Part shown: positions 49,451 to 58,221 of the stretch, one piece after another
How positions within the stretch are numbered: position 1 is the stretch's first letter
How the letters are laid out: each line of letters begins with the position of its first letter
Source: an uncultured Chlamydiales bacterium
GTDB lineage: Bacteria > Chlamydiota > Chlamydiia > Chlamydiales > Rhabdochlamydiaceae
DNA: 64,000 bases
Assembly: GCA_963700985.1 (NCBI GenBank)
Contig: OY969554.1
Span: 384,001-448,000, forward strand
Direction of reading: 5' to 3'
Notes under the pieces: generated by a model
Database searches by the model: none
Told to the model about the DNA's origin: nothing
The model's input: only the letters and a program-made list of their open reading frames with translations
Made by a program: the position numbers and the translations under genes

Positions 49451-49781
49451 GAGATTCGATTACCTCGCCCAAGTCTTGACCTGCAATTTTGCTTTGAATT
49501 TGATAGTTCAGTGGAATCTCGTTTTTGCTGAAATTTTCCACCAAAATGTCCGGCACTTTAATGCCTAAAGCCTTGAATTTAGGGATGTGATCATGAGAAC
49601 CCATCAAGAATCTATCAAAAGGGCTGAGGCGGACAATGACTTCCCTATCTTTTAAGCCCACTTCATATACTTCATTGCAAATGCCGATAACGATTCGCCT
49701 GATGAATTTTGGCAATTGCATAAACTGAGAGGCAATAATCGTCTCTATCATTTGTTCATGAGATTGCTCCAAAATTCCCAT
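49416..49781 (-). pseudogene. Aminoglycoside-phosphotransferase/kinase-like N-terminal fragment
   Basis: GICNEVYEV, VIVRL, GIKVPDIL, KIAG.DL N-lobe; no catalytic HxDxxxxN lobe. Confidence 0.6.
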
Positions 49782-49804
49782 CCTCTTATTTGAGCTTTTA
49801 TGTT

Positions 49805-50524
49805 TTAGGGAATTGTAAGGATAGTTCCTGTGCCGATCTTGAAGTAGTTGTCTTGATAGGCTTCTTGGAATTGGAGCAGGGCCTGGTCGCCTGAGCAGTG
49901 GCAGGGAGCAACTTTTTCAACCTTTAAGGCGCGAAATTGCTCAACTGTTTCATTTAAGTTCTTTTGGCTTTCGCGAAAGAGGTGAAAGCCGCCAAGGACG
50001 CAATGGATAGGGCCCGGGAGCTGCTTTTGCGTGGCTTTGATAATGTCTACAATTCCAGGGTGTGCACAACCGGTAATGATGACAATTCCTTTAGTTGTTT
50101 TAAGAAGGAGGGCTTGCTCATGGAGCATGAATCCACCTCTGAGCACCAGCGAGAAAATCGTTTCATCGATCTGGGTGAAGCCTTTAACCACGTTAAGTTT
50201 TAAGTGTGTAGGTGTTTGCTTTAAGAGCGAATTAGGAAAGCCACGCGGTAGATAAATTTGAGTCTGGTTAGGGAGCTTTTCTAAAACCTGGGCAAAGCCT
50301 TTGGTGTGATCCCAATGTTTGTGTGAAAAGAAAAGATGCGTGAGTTCTTCGCATTGAATTCCGAGTTTCTCAGTATTAGATACAAAAGCGTCGTGATCTC
50401 CCCCGGTATCAAAAAGGATCTTTTGGTCCTTTTGTTCGATTAGAGCGGAAAATCCCCAGCCCTCTTTGAGATCGCAGTTATGTTTGCGATTGTCATAGAT
50501 GATGGTGATCTTCGTTAAAGACAT
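49805..50524 (-). CDS. MBL-fold metallo-hydrolase
   Basis: WGFSALIE, LFDTG, SHKHWDH, TGCAHPG, GGFHL, PCHCSG. Confidence 0.9.
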   Translation of the reverse strand: MSLTKITIIYDNRKHNCDLKEGWGFSALIEQKDQKILFDTGGDHDAFVSNTEKLGIQCEELTHLFFSHKHWDHTKGFAQVLEKLPNQTQIYLPRGFPNSLLKQTPTHLKLNVVKGFTQIDETIFSLVLRGGFMLHEQALLLKTTKGIVIITGCAHPGIVDIIKATQKQLPGPIHCVLGGFHLFRESQKNLNETVEQFRALKVEKVAPCHCSGDQALLQFQEAYQDNYFKIGTGTILTIP

Positions 50525-51555
50525 CGCTTTAGCTCGGAGATAAATTGTTCGATGAATTCAGGTTGCGTATCCCAGGTGGTCATCCAGCGCGCAATTGATT
50601 GTTCTGCATCCCAGATCCAGAAGAAGCATTTCTCTTGCAGTTTATGAAGTGCATGAGGAGGGAGTTGCACAAAAAGCGCGTTGGCTTCAACAGGGTAGAG
50701 AATGCGCAGCTGAGGAAAGTCGCACCGCAGCTTCTCTTCGAGCAACTTTGCCATGGCATTCGAATGGCGCGCGTTGCGCAGCCAGAGATCGCCTTCTAAA
50801 AGGGCGATGAATTGTGCAGAAAGAAAACGCATCTTGGAAGCGAGCTGCATGTTCTGCTTGCGCACATATTCGAAGTCTTTTGCCAAGCCAGGCTTTAGAA
50901 AGACAATCGCCTCTGCTCCCATGAGGCCATTTTTTGTGCCTCCAAACGAGAGGATATCTACACCCACATCCGTAGTGAGCGCCTTTAAAGAGATGTTTAG
51001 AGCGGCGGCGGCATTGCTAATTCGGGCGCCGTCCATCAGAAACAGTAGGCCATTTTCTTTGGCGAACTTAGAGATCTGCTTTAGCTCGTCTAACGTATAA
51101 ACGGTTCCCAGTTCTGTTGATTGCGTAATCGAGATAGCTGCAGGCTGAACATGGTGCTGATTGCCGCGGTGATGCAAAAAGGGGCGCAGTTTTTCTAGAT
51201 CTAATTTTCCTTCTTTGCTGGTTAGTGGGATCAAGCTGCAGCCAGTAATCGATTGAGCTGAGCCACACTCATCTGTCCAAATATGTGCATTCTCAGGGCA
51301 GAGGACGGATTGCCATGAAGAAAGCGCATGTTTTAAAGTGCATACATTTGCTGCGGTGCCATTCATTACAATAAAGGCCTCGGCCGTAGGCCCAAAAACG
51401 TGCTTAAAGAGCTCCTCAGCGCGTTTGGTCCATGGATCGCTACCATATGCCATAGCATGGCCTACATTGGCCTGCTGAATGGCTGTTAGAACTTCAGGGT
51501 GGATGCCAGAGAAGTTGTCGCTGGCAAAAGAATTAAAAACAGGAATATCTTTCAT
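50515..51555 (-). CDS. ltaE: Low-specificity L-threonine aldolase
   Basis: FASDN, AYGSD, NGTAAN, TELGTVY, DGARISNA, SFGGTKNG, SKMRF. Confidence 0.9.
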   Translation of the reverse strand: MKDIPVFNSFASDNFSGIHPEVLTAIQQANVGHAMAYGSDPWTKRAEELFKHVFGPTAEAFIVMNGTAANVCTLKHALSSWQSVLCPENAHIWTDECGSAQSITGCSLIPLTSKEGKLDLEKLRPFLHHRGNQHHVQPAAISITQSTELGTVYTLDELKQISKFAKENGLLFLMDGARISNAAAALNISLKALTTDVGVDILSFGGTKNGLMGAEAIVFLKPGLAKDFEYVRKQNMQLASKMRFLSAQFIALLEGDLWLRNARHSNAMAKLLEEKLRCDFPQLRILYPVEANALFVQLPPHALHKLQEKCFFWIWDAEQSIARWMTTWDTQPEFIEQFISELKRCL

Positions 51556-51601
51556 AGTTATTCAGACAATGTAGCGTATTTTGCAATGCGCTGTCTAGAG
51601 T

Positions 51602-51904
51602 CTAGCAAAATCGCAACTGAAGGCCCATGGCTTGAATTAGGGCAGTTAGTGTTTTTAATCCTGGATTTCCTTTCGAAGAAAGAGTTTTGTATAGACTTTC
51701 ACGTCCAAGGTGAGCTTTCTTTGCCACTTTTGCGATTCCGCCTTGAGCTTCAGCAACATCTCTTAAAGCCAGGAGAAGAAGTTCTTGTGATTCGGCATCC
51801 CCTTTTAGGCTTTCCTCTAAGGCGGCGTTAAGATATGCAACGGCGGCATCGTGGTCTTTTAAAGATTCGATTAGCCACTCTTCGTATTTTCTGCTTTTGG
51901 GCAT
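51602..51904 (-). CDS. Addiction-module antidote (HTH antitoxin)
   Basis: AYLNAALE, ALRDVAEAQGGI, GRESLYKTLS.KGNP. Confidence 0.9.
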   Translation of the reverse strand: MPKSRKYEEWLIESLKDHDAAVAYLNAALEESLKGDAESQELLLLALRDVAEAQGGIAKVAKKAHLGRESLYKTLSSKGNPGLKTLTALIQAMGLQLRFC

Positions 51905-51905
51905 A

Positions 51906-52239
51906 TTATTTTCCTCGTCTGCTAACTTCTTGGAAGTATTCCTTCGCTATTTTAATGTCCTTTTCCTGGGAGCTTTTATTTCCCCCACAAAGCAGAAGGA
52001 TTATTCTGTGGTCAACTTTTCCATAGTATACTCTATAACCTGGCCCAAAGTTGATTCGAAGCTCGTTTACTCCGCTTCCCACAGACTTACTATCTCCTAA
52101 GTTACCCAATTTAATCCTGCGCAGGCGGACTTTGATTGCCGCCACGCCTTGATAGTCCCTTAATCTGTTGATCCAAGTCTCGAAAGGTCTTTTTCGCAGC
52201 CTGAGTTTCATAGATTTCAACTTCATATTCACTATTCAT
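51906..52239 (-). pseudogene. RelE/HigB-type killer protein with +1 frameshift near the 5' end
   Basis: ATG 52239 gives MNSEYEVEIYETQAAK; one extra base near 52191-52197 before RPFETW...GNLGDSKSVG...GPGYRVYY. Confidence 0.7.
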
Positions 52240-52240
52240 G

Positions 52241-52269
52241 ATTGTATCCTATTAGATACTAAAATTCAA
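52241..52269 (-). promoter_or_regulatory. TA promoter (TTGAAT-17-TACAAT) with operator GTATC-N6-GATAC
   Basis: Read directly; palindrome at 52244-52259. Confidence 0.5.
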
Positions 52270-52355
52270 TGTCTAGAATTTAAATAACTGAAGTTTAATT
52301 GATTAAAAGAAAATCTTATTAGATTTTTTTGACAAGACTAGCTTGCTGATAGCGG

Positions 52356-53849
52356 CTAAGCAGCTTTTCTTATGGTGGCTTGGCTTTTTTTTGCGGAGAT
52401 TTTTTTAAGCGCCTGTGCGGCGTTGCGGATGATCTCAGCTTGTGTTGGGAAAACATGAATCGCTCGAAGGAGAGCTAATAGACCATTTTCGCTATTCATG
52501 GCAGTTGTGATCTCTGAGATCATTTCGCCCGCGTGGCTTGCTACAAGCGTTGCCCCGACAATCTGATCGCTGCCGGTTTTGATTAGCAGCTTTAAGAATC
52601 CGTGGGTCTCTCCATCTAGGATAGCTCGATCGATGTGGTCCAGCTCGAGCGTGAGTGTCTCAACAGAAACTCCTTTTGTGCGTGCCTCTTTTTCGGTGAG
52701 ACCGACATGCGCAACTTCCGGGTCTGTGAAGGTGCACCAAGGGATGATCAATGAGCTGGCTTTTGTTCTGTTTAGGCCAAGCGCATGCTCAACAGCGATC
52801 TTTCCGAGCTCTCTTGAGACGTGCGTGAATTTGTAGGGCGATGAGCTATCACCAGCCGCATAGATATGGGGGTTGCTGGTCAAAAGATACTCGTCAGCAA
52901 ATATACCCTTTTGATGGTCATACTGGATGCCTGCCAGATCGAGGCCCAAACCTTCAACTGCAGGCGTTCTGCCGATGGACACAAGGAGTGTATCGACCGC
53001 AAGGCGCTTTGATTTCTTATTCAAATAAAGAATTTTTTTCTTTCCCTTTTTTTCCACGCGTTTGATTTGGGTATTTAGAAGAATTTCAACACCATCTGCT
53101 TCAAGCGCGGCTTTTAATTGTTCAGAGGCTACAGTTTCTTCTCGAGGTAGAATAGAGGGGCCGCGTGTGATGAGGGTGACCTTTGAACCTAGCCGAGCAA
53201 ATGCTTGAGCTAATTCACAGCCGATTGGTCCGCCACCAACCACAGCCATTTGAGTGGGTAGTTTAGTGAGATGGAATATTTCATTATTAGTCAGATAATC
53301 AGATCTATCCAATCCAGAGACATTTAACGCAATAGGTTGCGTGCCAGTGGCGATGATCGCTTTTTTAAAGGTCAAGATTTTGCCATCTATTTCAAAGCGA
53401 TAAGTGCCGGTGAACCTACCTTTGCCAAGAAATATGTCTACGCCCATTTTTTTGAAATGCTTTGCTGCATCGAAAGCAGAGATATCAGTCTGGAGCTGGT
53501 GCACTCTTTGCATGATTGCTCCAAAATCCACCTTCCAGCCTTTGGGAACTTTAATGCCATACTTGGCAGCGTTGCGAATCTCAGCTGCGGTTCTGGAAGA
53601 GCGAATCAGAGCTTTTGAGGGGATGCAGCCGGAGGTTACACACTCGCCACCTAAGTGCTCCTTTTCAACTAACGCAACTTTTGCATTATGGCTTCTGGCA
53701 ATTGTGGCTGCGGTCATACCGGCAGGACCTCCGCCGATGATAAGAAGATCGTAAAGTTCAGCGGGCTTAGGATTTTTCCAGCCACGTGGAAAAAGGTTGT
53801 GCTGAAATTTTTGCTTGATTTTGACTTCTTTTGAACGACGAGTTGCCAT
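52356..53849 (-). CDS. Mercuric-reductase-like / dihydrolipoamide dehydrogenase family flavoprotein
   Basis: IIGGGPAG, GGECVTSGCIPSK, GGGPIGCE, FTDPEVAHVG, HVFPTQAE; no C-terminal CC. Confidence 0.85.
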   Translation of the reverse strand: MATRRSKEVKIKQKFQHNLFPRGWKNPKPAELYDLLIIGGGPAGMTAATIARSHNAKVALVEKEHLGGECVTSGCIPSKALIRSSRTAAEIRNAAKYGIKVPKGWKVDFGAIMQRVHQLQTDISAFDAAKHFKKMGVDIFLGKGRFTGTYRFEIDGKILTFKKAIIATGTQPIALNVSGLDRSDYLTNNEIFHLTKLPTQMAVVGGGPIGCELAQAFARLGSKVTLITRGPSILPREETVASEQLKAALEADGVEILLNTQIKRVEKKGKKKILYLNKKSKRLAVDTLLVSIGRTPAVEGLGLDLAGIQYDHQKGIFADEYLLTSNPHIYAAGDSSSPYKFTHVSRELGKIAVEHALGLNRTKASSLIIPWCTFTDPEVAHVGLTEKEARTKGVSVETLTLELDHIDRAILDGETHGFLKLLIKTGSDQIVGATLVASHAGEMISEITTAMNSENGLLALLRAIHVFPTQAEIIRNAAQALKKISAKKSQATIRKAA

Positions 53850-53986
53850 GGTATCACTCTTGGTTTCTTTTTTTCACACTAAGTAGAATTTGAATTTATT
53901 TGTCAATAGAATGCCTGGTTAATAAAAGAGCTCTAAGATATTCTTTTTGCGCTTCTTAATTATCTGTTTAATCAAAAAGGAGAATA

Positions 53987-54484
53987 ATGAGTGCTAGGAT
54001 TTCGCTTGCAAGCCTTTCTGGGGAAGTGCACCGCTGTTACATTTGTCTTAAAACAGACAAGAGCTTTTTTTTTGCGCATAGCATAGGCGGGGAATTAGAT
54101 CATTATGTCCATCAGGAGTGCCAAATTGCTTGGGCACAAGAGAAAAAGAGGTACTGTTGCGTTGGATGTCAAAAACCCTATCCAAAATCATCAATCTATC
54201 CCTTAGAAGTAGATGTTTTTGAATCTGTGAAATTGGGTCTTATTTCTGCAACTGCGACCACGATTTTAACGGGAATTGCAGCAGCGAGCGCAATCATCTA
54301 TTTCAAAAGTGAGCTACCAGATCCCGCTTTCTTGGCAAGCCTAGGTCATTTATGGTCACCACTTGTTGCGACAAACTCATTTATTGCTTGTATAATCAAA
54401 AGATGTTGGATAAACGAGGGACCTCCTGATGGCGGTCGGATGAATCATAGAGCGCACAAGGCGCTCTATATCAATAAGAATTAA
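53987..54484 (+). CDS. RING-variant zinc finger + two hydrophobic helices
   Basis: CYIC...H...HYVHQEC...W...CCVGC followed by TM-like segments; AGGAG RBS. Confidence 0.7.
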   Translation: MSARISLASLSGEVHRCYICLKTDKSFFFAHSIGGELDHYVHQECQIAWAQEKKRYCCVGCQKPYPKSSIYPLEVDVFESVKLGLISATATTILTGIAAASAIIYFKSELPDPAFLASLGHLWSPLVATNSFIACIIKRCWINEGPPDGGRMNHRAHKALYINKN

Positions 54485-54894
54485 GGGTTCACATCTAGTT
54501 TGATGTAACCGTCAGCTAAACCAGGTGCAGAACCCCACCAAGGTTGGCCTGAAAAGAATACTGTATCACCATGTCGAAAGACGCGGTATCCACCATCTTG
54601 TGTCTCCAGCACCATCTGATATCCTTTAGTGTAAAAGAAGAAGGTAATGGCTGGATTGTCTTTAGCAATCTTGCAAGCTTCGCTAAGCGAGATATTTCTA
54701 GCGATTCCAACTACGTTGCTCCAATCGGCGTTTTTATATTGAGCCACATTCTCTACTTTCTGATACCCAAGGATGGCAGAAATTTCGATCTCTGGAATTT
54801 CGGCGGTGATGTCTTGTTTCAATTCTGCAGGCTGATAAGCGTAAGCTGTGAGTGTGAGAACAAAACTTGAGATTATTAGCGCTAGTTTTTTCAT
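54481..54894 (-). CDS. Small exported hypothetical protein
   Basis: Signal peptide MKKLALIISSFVLTLTAYA; GGAG RBS. Confidence 0.7.
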   Translation of the reverse strand: MKKLALIISSFVLTLTAYAYQPAELKQDITAEIPEIEISAILGYQKVENVAQYKNADWSNVVGIARNISLSEACKIAKDNPAITFFFYTKGYQMVLETQDGGYRVFRHGDTVFFSGQPWWGSAPGLADGYIKLDVNP

Positions 54895-55045
54895 AAGAAC
54901 TCCATTTGGTGTTAAAGAGTGCTATGAAAGTAGGTCACAGATCAGAATATCTGCAAGAGTACACTTTTTTTGAAGAACTCCTCCAATCGGTATAGATATC
55001 TACCTGAGAGATAGCTTGCCTAGACCGCCACTAAAAGCGGCCCGT

Positions 55046-56500
55046 TTACTTTTGACAATTGAAGTTGATGAATCCGCGAGGGATGTTGACGCTGACTAGT
55101 TTAAGTGTAACTTTGTCGCCCACATCTAGTTTTTCGAAGCCCTGTAGAATTTTACCTTCAACGGGGGGAGTAAAAATGCGCGCCCAGGTGCCGGATTCGC
55201 TTGCGCCGGTTACAATCCCTTTAAATATGGCTCCAATCTGCGAGGATAGAAGCATAGCTGCTGCCACTTTGCTCATGTGCCTTTCAACTTTTGTGACCAC
55301 GTCTTCTTGAAGTGTGCAGTGATCGGCAAGTGTTTTGAGGGTTGCAAATGAATAGGGGCTTTCCTTGCCCGCAATCAGTGCCTTGCACTGGCGTTGTGTG
55401 ATCAGATCGGGGTAACGACGGTTGGGTGCAGTTGAATGCGTATATTCCGATACGGCAAGTCCGAAATGGCCAACGGGTTTGTCCGTGGGAATCTCGACGA
55501 TGTATTCGCCACGACCTAAGAGTTTAATGATTGTAAGAGATAGATCTTGAAAGGTGACAGGATCGATCTCTTTTCTTTTCACCAAAAAATTCTCTAGTGC
55601 AACGGGATTAGGCTCTAAAGGGAGTTTGGTTCCAAGCCGCCCTGCAACTTCGATGATGCGATCCCAGCGTTTTGGCACGCGCACCACACGTCTTAAACTG
55701 GGAATTTTGGCATCGCGCAAAGTGCAGGCCATCACATAATTGGCTGCGATCATGAAGTTCTCAATGAGTTCGTCGGCACCGGTATGTGCGGAACGCTTTA
55801 AGACAACTTCTCCCTTATCAGACACTTTGGCTTCTACGTTAGGGGATTCCAAAGTCAAAGCCCCTACAATGTGGCGCTCGCGTTTTAAGATCTGCGCGAT
55901 CGCATGCTGACATTTAAGTGCTTCTTCTAGGCCAGGCACACGCTTTACCTTCTCGGGAATTTCTCCTTTCCCATCTAGCCACGCGCCTACGAGTTTGTAG
56001 GTGAGCTGTGCATAGTTATGCACCTGTGCTTCGAAGATCGAAGAATCCTCAATTTTGCCATCTTGGTCTATGTTGATCTTTATCACTACCGCCATGCGAT
56101 CTTCATTCGGATTTAGCGAGGTAAAATCCGTAGAGAGTTTATCTGGAAGCATGGGGAAAATTTTAGAAGGCGTATAAACTGAAGTTGTATTGATCTGTGC
56201 ATGCTGATCGATCGGGGAGTCTTTTGGCACGAGTACGTCGACATCCGCAACAGCAACCCAGATGGTTATTTTTCCATCAGATTCGTATTGCGCAAAAGTC
56301 AGCTGATCTAAGTCTCGCGAATCATCATTATCGATCGAACACCACAATAGATGGCGGAGGTCTTCAACCTGTCCATTAGGGGCGGCGGGTTTTTGAATTT
56401 TTTGCAGCTGTACGGTTGCATCAATCGAGAGATCGGCCTGTAAACCGCGCGCTTGCATCAACTCTTTGGCTAGTAGGAGTAAGTTTGTATGTGAGTCCAT
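55046..56500 (-). CDS. RNB-domain (RNase II/R family) exoribonuclease
   Basis: SIDNDDSRDLDQ, AVADV, LIENFMIAAN, HFGLA...YTHSTAPNRRYPDL, S1-like C-terminus. Confidence 0.9.
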   Translation of the reverse strand: MDSHTNLLLLAKELMQARGLQADLSIDATVQLQKIQKPAAPNGQVEDLRHLLWCSIDNDDSRDLDQLTFAQYESDGKITIWVAVADVDVLVPKDSPIDQHAQINTTSVYTPSKIFPMLPDKLSTDFTSLNPNEDRMAVVIKINIDQDGKIEDSSIFEAQVHNYAQLTYKLVGAWLDGKGEIPEKVKRVPGLEEALKCQHAIAQILKRERHIVGALTLESPNVEAKVSDKGEVVLKRSAHTGADELIENFMIAANYVMACTLRDAKIPSLRRVVRVPKRWDRIIEVAGRLGTKLPLEPNPVALENFLVKRKEIDPVTFQDLSLTIIKLLGRGEYIVEIPTDKPVGHFGLAVSEYTHSTAPNRRYPDLITQRQCKALIAGKESPYSFATLKTLADHCTLQEDVVTKVERHMSKVAAAMLLSSQIGAIFKGIVTGASESGTWARIFTPPVEGKILQGFEKLDVGDKVTLKLVSVNIPRGFINFNCQK

Positions 56501-56559
56501 TCCTCACTGCTATATCAAACTTTGAGCCTATCTAGTAAGCAAAATTATTTAGAGGTTGT

Positions 56560-58131
56560 TTATGCGTGTTCTAAAATTTCACTCAAATGAGCTGTATCGA
56601 AGGGGATTTCTGTAGATGCTTGTTCGTCGGTATTTGCACAGAAACATTGATAAAAGAGGGCGCTGATCTGTGCATAGATGATTTGTGCAGTGATCACCGT
56701 AATGAGGACAAGTGCGATTGGAACGCTAAAAATTTGGTGCACAACGTTGGAGATAATACGCCAAACGCTCTGATTCTCCCAAACCGTTGCAACTCTTAGC
56801 AAAATGGTTTTTTCACCACCATAAGTGCGAACATGAGATATATAAAAGTTAGGCGGGTTATCGCGAATGACTTTAACAAAATTTGGTCCTTCTGGGTGAT
56901 AACCAACCATGCTCACCCAATCGTTTGGGTCGACATAGATGTTTCCTTCAATTTGCTCTCCAGCTAGATCCGCCTGATTTCTTGGAAACACACCTGCAGG
57001 AGCATATACGTGGATTTTCACCTGGTCAGGGTTTTCTGAAGCCGTAAGGTAGGCAACTCCACCTCCCTGACTATAGGCATGGATCTCGACCTTAGAGTTT
57101 ATATCAACTTTAGCTTGAGCTTCTACTTTAGGAACTTGCCTGATCCAATTATTGACTTTATCTCTTCCTGCCCACCAGATTACTTCTCCAGCGCCCGCGC
57201 CAGGCACGACATCGGCTAGAAGAGAAACAGGCCCACGCGTACCTTTATAAAGTAAAAGACGCGGGGCATCTTGTCTTGAGATAGGCGTTAAGGCAACTGC
57301 TTCTATGACTTCGGGCATCCAGGTTGGAGTAAGGGGGATTACTTCAATTTTGTAATCGATGAGTTCCCAAGAATCGTTGATCTTTTTTGGAACTTTAACA
57401 GTTTGGGTAACATTAGGATCGAGACCATCTGTTCTGTAATACTGGCCAAAAAGACATAGGGAGTAGCCGAGAAACATCTCAAGTACAGGAGAATGTTCGA
57501 GATAGTTTTTTTTAAGAGTATCGAACAAGCTTATCATGACGAATTGTAGCTCATTTCTAAACTCATCGCGCTGCTCTGGTGTCGAATCAACCAAAAGAGC
57601 ATTAATCGTATCCCCATTGATCACCCGGGAATCTAAAGGAATGTCGTGAAAGGCAAATTTTAAGATGTTACGGATGTGCTGGCCTTCAACAGGTTCGCTG
57701 GTTCCAAAAGGAAAAAAACCATTTGGTTCGACATCGACGATAATCTGATTGAGTTCGTTGAAAATGTCTCTAACTTTTGAGACTTCTAAAAACATCCCCG
57801 GATCAGAACTACTTTGGCCGATATTGACGCATGCCTGAGTGAAAATGGTCTGCCAGTGTTTTTGAATCAGATCCTGAGATGGTTTATCTCCTTGATATTG
57901 TTCGCACACACGAGATTTAAAGAGGGTTTCTACTGCCAGGTGGATGCGCTCTCTTTCTTGACTCTCTTCAGCAGAGTAGCAGATCCATGACCAACAGCTA
58001 GGTGTAATCCCTTCAAGAGTCGAAGAAGAAATTTTTGCAGGGGCATCTTCTTGTTCGAGAATTTGAGCAAGAGCGCGCCAATCCTGGAGAACATCAATAT
58101 CAATAAAATTATTTAATACTCGGCCAGCCAT
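56560..58131 (-). CDS. Alpha/beta-hydrolase (lipase-like) with C-terminal TM, candidate effector
   Basis: LLYKGT oxyanion-like motif, HAYSQGG nucleophile elbow, NDWVSMVG, later His; hydrophobic C-tail. Confidence 0.6.
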   Translation of the reverse strand: MAGRVLNNFIDIDVLQDWRALAQILEQEDAPAKISSSTLEGITPSCWSWICYSAEESQERERIHLAVETLFKSRVCEQYQGDKPSQDLIQKHWQTIFTQACVNIGQSSSDPGMFLEVSKVRDIFNELNQIIVDVEPNGFFPFGTSEPVEGQHIRNILKFAFHDIPLDSRVINGDTINALLVDSTPEQRDEFRNELQFVMISLFDTLKKNYLEHSPVLEMFLGYSLCLFGQYYRTDGLDPNVTQTVKVPKKINDSWELIDYKIEVIPLTPTWMPEVIEAVALTPISRQDAPRLLLYKGTRGPVSLLADVVPGAGAGEVIWWAGRDKVNNWIRQVPKVEAQAKVDINSKVEIHAYSQGGGVAYLTASENPDQVKIHVYAPAGVFPRNQADLAGEQIEGNIYVDPNDWVSMVGYHPEGPNFVKVIRDNPPNFYISHVRTYGGEKTILLRVATVWENQSVWRIISNVVHQIFSVPIALVLITVITAQIIYAQISALFYQCFCANTDEQASTEIPFDTAHLSEILEHA

Positions 58132-58221
58132 TTTTAAGTCCTGAATTATAAAAATTGGCATAATTATAATTCAAACAGTAGCAGTAATCTACTAAAATAA
58201 GTTTTTAGTTAATAAGATCTT

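Noticed and set aside
52356-53849. Calling this gene merA
   Set aside because: It lacks the C-terminal vicinal Cys pair and NmerA domain, and no mer operon genes are nearby
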